NCBI GenBank assembly: GCA_028693355.1 | Contig: JAQUVM010000002.1 | Location: 7,418-71,417, forward strand | Reading direction: 5' to 3' | Origin: Burkholderiales bacterium | GTDB lineage: Bacteria > Pseudomonadota > Gammaproteobacteria > Burkholderiales > UBA11063 | DNA length: 64,000 nt | In this document: positions 60,502 through 64,000 of the stretch, piece after piece | How the letters are laid out: the number at the start of each line of letters is the position of its first letter | Numbering within the stretch: position 1 is the stretch's first letter | Notes under the pieces: generated by a model | The model's database searches: none | What the model saw: the letters and a program-made list of their open reading frames with translations, nothing else | Told to the model about the DNA's origin: nothing | Program-made: the position numbers and the translations under genes

Positions 60502-61794
60502 ATGAATTGGCATTTTATTTTTCAATTGTCTAGTTTATCGGTAATTATTTTATATGCTATTTTAGTATTTCGTAATGTAGATGTGTTAGTTGCCACGGCT
60601 ATTGCAGTCGGATTAGGCTTTTTATTTAATTTGTCCAATCCATTAGAAATTGGCAAAACTATTGAAGCATCTTTAGGTGGCTTTTTAGCTTTAGTAGGTT
60701 TCATAATTATGCTTGGGCGTGGATTGGGTGAAGTCTTGACAGAAACTAAGGTTAGTCATACGTTAGTTCATAAAATTGTTTATTCAATAGGCGTAAATAC
60801 GCAGCGTCGTGTAAAAATTGGTGTGGTTTTATCTTCTTTAGTGATTGTTGCTGTTTTAGGTACTTTAGCTGGTGGTTTGGCAATATTAGCACCGATTCTT
60901 CGTCCAATTGCTGCAAGCGTTGGCTTATCACGGCCAAGTTTAGCTGTACTTATGCAAGCATCAGGTGAAGAAGCACTAATTTTAGGGCCTTTTGCACCAC
61001 CAGTGGTTGCGCTGCTTGGTGTAACAGGGCTTACATATGGCACTATGCTTACACAGGCATCAATTCCAATTGTGCTTGTAACATTAGCTGTTACTTGGGT
61101 TATGGCAAACAAGTTACAAAAACAATATTCGCATGAATTATTTAATTATGATGAGTCAGCTGAGCAATTTGTACCAAGTAAGCGTCAAAATTTTGCAACT
61201 ATTCTATTTACTCTAGCATTTATTGCTTGCGTAGTGTATGGATTGATGTTTCAAGCTAAAACTTCATTTGTAATTTTTGTGATGGTATTTTTATCAATTA
61301 TTACTGGTTTAGCTGGTGGTTTAAAAATTGCACGAATTTTTGAATTAATTATTGATGGTATGAAGAAAAATTTTCATTTATTCTTTATCTTTGTCTTGCT
61401 TGAACCTATGATTGGTTTAGTAAAAAGTGCTGGTGGTTTTGATGCATTATTAATATTATTTAAACCATTACAAGATTATGGTGGTAAGTCGGTATTAACT
61501 GTACTGGTTGGTTTAACTGGAGCATTTGGCATGCCTGCTGCATCTGCTGCTGTTATCAAAATGTTATATGAGATGTTTTCACCATCAGCATTAGCATTAA
61601 ATTTAGCAATGACGCATTTAGCATTTAGTATGTTACTTGCTACTCGTATTACAAATTTTGCAATACCTGGACCAAATATGTTTGCGGCTATGGGGTTTGC
61701 GGAAAGTAGCAATGTAAAAGCAATGATAAAAAATGGCTTAATGGTAACGATTGTGCAAATAGCTTTTTTAATTTTATATGCTTCATTTGTTTAA
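60502..61794 (+). CDS. Polytopic secondary transporter (ion-transporter superfamily; GntP/TRAP-M/NhaC-like)
   Basis: About 11-12 TM segments with internal two-fold repeat; GFIIMLGRGLG; LGPFAPP; FAIPGPN. Confidence 0.65.
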   Translation: MNWHFIFQLSSLSVIILYAILVFRNVDVLVATAIAVGLGFLFNLSNPLEIGKTIEASLGGFLALVGFIIMLGRGLGEVLTETKVSHTLVHKIVYSIGVNTQRRVKIGVVLSSLVIVAVLGTLAGGLAILAPILRPIAASVGLSRPSLAVLMQASGEEALILGPFAPPVVALLGVTGLTYGTMLTQASIPIVLVTLAVTWVMANKLQKQYSHELFNYDESAEQFVPSKRQNFATILFTLAFIACVVYGLMFQAKTSFVIFVMVFLSIITGLAGGLKIARIFELIIDGMKKNFHLFFIFVLLEPMIGLVKSAGGFDALLILFKPLQDYGGKSVLTVLVGLTGAFGMPAASAAVIKMLYEMFSPSALALNLAMTHLAFSMLLATRITNFAIPGPNMFAAMGFAESSNVKAMIKNGLMVTIVQIAFLILYASFV

Positions 61795-61817
61795 AGTACT
61801 ATGTTTTTAATTTATTT

Positions 61818-61839
61818 AGTGTAGTTGTCAAACTACACT
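61818..61839. terminator. Hairpin between convergent genes
   Basis: agtgtagtt-gtca-aactacact 9-bp stem followed by T-run. Confidence 0.7.
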
Positions 61840-61854
61840 TTTATTTTCAATGTG

Positions 61855-62925
61855 TTATGAACGATTTAATTTAGATATTTGTTCATGAATTGCCCAAGTA
61901 AAATGCTCTTGTAATATTTCATTATCGGTTTGCAATAACTTAGATTGTAAGGCTGAAATTATATCTTTGTTATATAGAGCATTACCCATTGCCACAGATA
62001 TATTTCGAAGCCATGATACATAACCAATTCGATAAATTGCTGAACCTTGCATTTTTTTCTTAAACTCTTCTTCACTCCATGCAAAGAGCTCTAATAATGT
62101 AGCAGAGTCTAGATTATTACGAATTGCAAAATCTGGATTTTTACTTAAATGAGCAAACTTATTCCATGGGCAAAATAATTGGCAATCATCACAGCCATAG
62201 ATTCGATTACCAATTTGCTGTCTAAACTCTAATGGGATTGTGCCTTTATTTTCAATTGTCAGGTATGATATGCATTTACGGGCATCTAATACATATGGTC
62301 CAATAAATGCATTTGTCGGGCAAATATCCATACATTTAGTACAACTTCCGCAATGCTCCGTGGTTTTGTCATCCACAGCTAATGGTAGATTGGTAAAAAT
62401 TTCGCCTAAAAAAAACATGCTTCCATGATTTTTATGGATTAACAAAGTGTTTTTTCCTCTCCATCCTCCACCTGAGTTGCTAGATATTTCTACTTCCATA
62501 ACAGGTGCTGAGTCCGTAAATACACGGTAGTCATGGTTTAATGGTTCAATTTGTTCTTGAATCCATTTAGCTAATTTTTCAAGGTTTTGTTTAACTACTT
62601 TATGATAATCTCGCCCTAGCGTATAGCTTGATATATATGCATCATTCTTCTGTAATCTAGATTTATGATATTGTATATCTTGTTGCAAATACGGATGTTT
62701 TAACGATAAAATTGTTAATGTATTTTCTTTGATTTTGGCTGGGTTAAATCTTAGATCTTGATTATTTTTTAGGTATTCCATCTCACCATGATAAGCATTT
62801 GCTATCCATTGTTGAAATTTTTGTTGACTGTCCTCTGAAATAATTGTTTTTGCAATAGTTAAATCAAGAAATCCTAATTCAAGGGCTTTTTTTCTTATTT
62901 CTATTTTGAGTGTGGTGAAATTCAT
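61855..62925 (-). CDS. queG: Epoxyqueuosine reductase
   Basis: YTLGRDYH; FTDSAPVME; GWRGKNTLLI; FFLGE; CGSCTKCMDICP; CISYLTIE; IYGCDDCQLFCPWN. Confidence 0.96.
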   Translation of the reverse strand: MNFTTLKIEIRKKALELGFLDLTIAKTIISEDSQQKFQQWIANAYHGEMEYLKNNQDLRFNPAKIKENTLTILSLKHPYLQQDIQYHKSRLQKNDAYISSYTLGRDYHKVVKQNLEKLAKWIQEQIEPLNHDYRVFTDSAPVMEVEISSNSGGGWRGKNTLLIHKNHGSMFFLGEIFTNLPLAVDDKTTEHCGSCTKCMDICPTNAFIGPYVLDARKCISYLTIENKGTIPLEFRQQIGNRIYGCDDCQLFCPWNKFAHLSKNPDFAIRNNLDSATLLELFAWSEEEFKKKMQGSAIYRIGYVSWLRNISVAMGNALYNKDIISALQSKLLQTDNEILQEHFTWAIHEQISKLNRS

Positions 62926-62927
62926 TA

Positions 62928-63626
62928 TCAGCGGACTAATTTTAAAATATCAATTAAATGTGATACAGTAAAAGTTGGTTTTATATATTCTGGTGTTGGT
63001 TTATTATTTGGATTATACCAACAAGTATCAAATCCAAATCGTTGCCCACCAATTATATCTGAGTCAGGATTATCTCCTATCATTAAGACACTATTTTTAT
63101 CTGGGTGTCCCATTTTATCATGTGCGAATTCAAAAATTCCTTCATGAGGCTTAGCATAACCAACCTTTTCTGAAATTACTAATAAGTCTATATATTTTTT
63201 ACAATTAGTCTTTAATAGTCTTGCTTCTTGAAGATCTATCATACCGTTTGTAATTATACCGATGTTAAATTTTCCATGTAAACTATCTAAAAGTTCATGA
63301 GCTCCTGGTAAGACATCGCTTATTTCTGCCATAGAGTTTATGAAGTCGCGGTTTAATTGAACTGTAGATAAATTAAACTTATTTGCCCATTTAGCAAAAC
63401 GTTGTTCTTTTATATCAGGAATTTTTATTTCATGATTTTGATACTTGATCCATAGTAATTCATTTAGCTTGCTGTATTCATTGTATTCATTTTCGCAGTA
63501 TGGTAATGAAAGCCTTTTAAACATATGTTCTATAGCTAATTTTGAATTAAAATGAAAGAGTGTTTCATCGGCATCAAAAAGTATCCAATCATATTTGGAT
63601 GTATCACTTTTATTATCTTTAGGCAT
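62928..63626 (-). CDS. yjjG: HAD pyrimidine 5'-nucleotidase
   Basis: WILFDADETLFHF; IITNG; ISEKVGYAKP; MIGDNPDSDIIGG. Confidence 0.9.
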   Translation of the reverse strand: MPKDNKSDTSKYDWILFDADETLFHFNSKLAIEHMFKRLSLPYCENEYNEYSKLNELLWIKYQNHEIKIPDIKEQRFAKWANKFNLSTVQLNRDFINSMAEISDVLPGAHELLDSLHGKFNIGIITNGMIDLQEARLLKTNCKKYIDLLVISEKVGYAKPHEGIFEFAHDKMGHPDKNSVLMIGDNPDSDIIGGQRFGFDTCWYNPNNKPTPEYIKPTFTVSHLIDILKLVR

Positions 63627-64000
63627 TTTTAATAAGCTCTTTAATTTTTGTAGTTGAAATATTTTGTGTCCGTTTTAAATATAAAACATCACAATGGTTT
63701 TTAAAGTGGTCAAACTTTCCTTGCCAATCATCACCGATAACAAATAAATCAACATTATATTTTATGATATCAGATAGTTTTTGGTCGGAATTATTTTCTA
63801 AAATAACACTATCAACATATTTAATGCTAGAAATGATTGCAACCCTTTCTTCTGTAGAGTAAGTAGTTTGCTTTTTGACTATTTTATTTAAGCAAAATTC
63901 ATCTGAACATACCCCTACAATTACATGCGTAGCTAAGCTTTTCATTCTTTTTAATAGGTTTAAATGCCCTATATGAAATAAATCGAAAGTCCCATATGTT
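63619..64000 (-). CDS. tagD: Glycerol-3-phosphate cytidylyltransferase, 5'-partial (frame runs past window end)
   Basis: In-frame upstream of the ORF-track start reads TYGTFDLFHIGHLNLLKR (HIGH motif); IGDDWQGKFD; RTQNISTT. Confidence 0.88.
   Translation of the reverse strand, partial: TYGTFDLFHIGHLNLLKRMKSLATHVIVGVCSDEFCLNKIVKKQTTYSTEERVAIISSIKYVDSVILENNSDQKLSDIIKYNVDLFVIGDDWQGKFDHFKNHCDVLYLKRTQNISTTKIKELIKNA

Noticed and set aside
61818-61839. Fifth copy of the palindrome family (tgtag/ctaca tip)
   Set aside because: Only the tip resembles copy D; no TYCTYA loop, A-rich stem or outer arms. It behaves like a normal terminator
1-64000. Neisseria DNA uptake sequences
   Set aside because: I did not see GCCGTCTGAA, and none of the terminator stems is built from it; dialect variants were not searched exhaustively

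Overview
This window is chromosomal DNA from a very AT-rich bacterium. Protein styles (Rho, RpoC, the tsaB-rimI-udg and lpxK-ycaR-kdsB clusters) suggest Betaproteobacteria, possibly Neisseriales-related and rod-shaped (inference). It runs from the 3' part of rpoC through trxA-rho, tkt-gap-mreBCD-mrdA-rodA, udg/rimI/tsaB, hemW and ndh. Next come a glycosylasparaginase/POT/PLP-lyase/PTS locus, gshB, an AT-rich surface-modification pair, a lone hslU, a PPIase, a type IV minor pilin cluster and a lone infC with an ATT start. The rest holds beta-oxidation genes, yhdP, the Kdo/lipid A cluster with divergent GT-C glycosyltransferases, a glpT-dsbD-yciA-epimerase-permease run, queG, yjjG and a partial tagD. 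I saw no rRNA, tRNA, CRISPR array, transposase or integrase. The best unexplained signal is a family of four 123-128 bp intergenic multi-stem palindromes (ERIC/RPE-like). Their stems differ in sequence between copies but keep pairing through compensatory changes, and two tandem copies form the leader of the asparaginase gene and sequester its start. Also notable: a putative glyco-amino-acid salvage locus, two intact pseudoenzymes (acetate kinase fold, HAD phosphatase fold), an ALG9/PIG-B-like glycosyltransferase, and several cofactor or specificity substitutions. All motif comparisons are from memory of the families; no searches were run.
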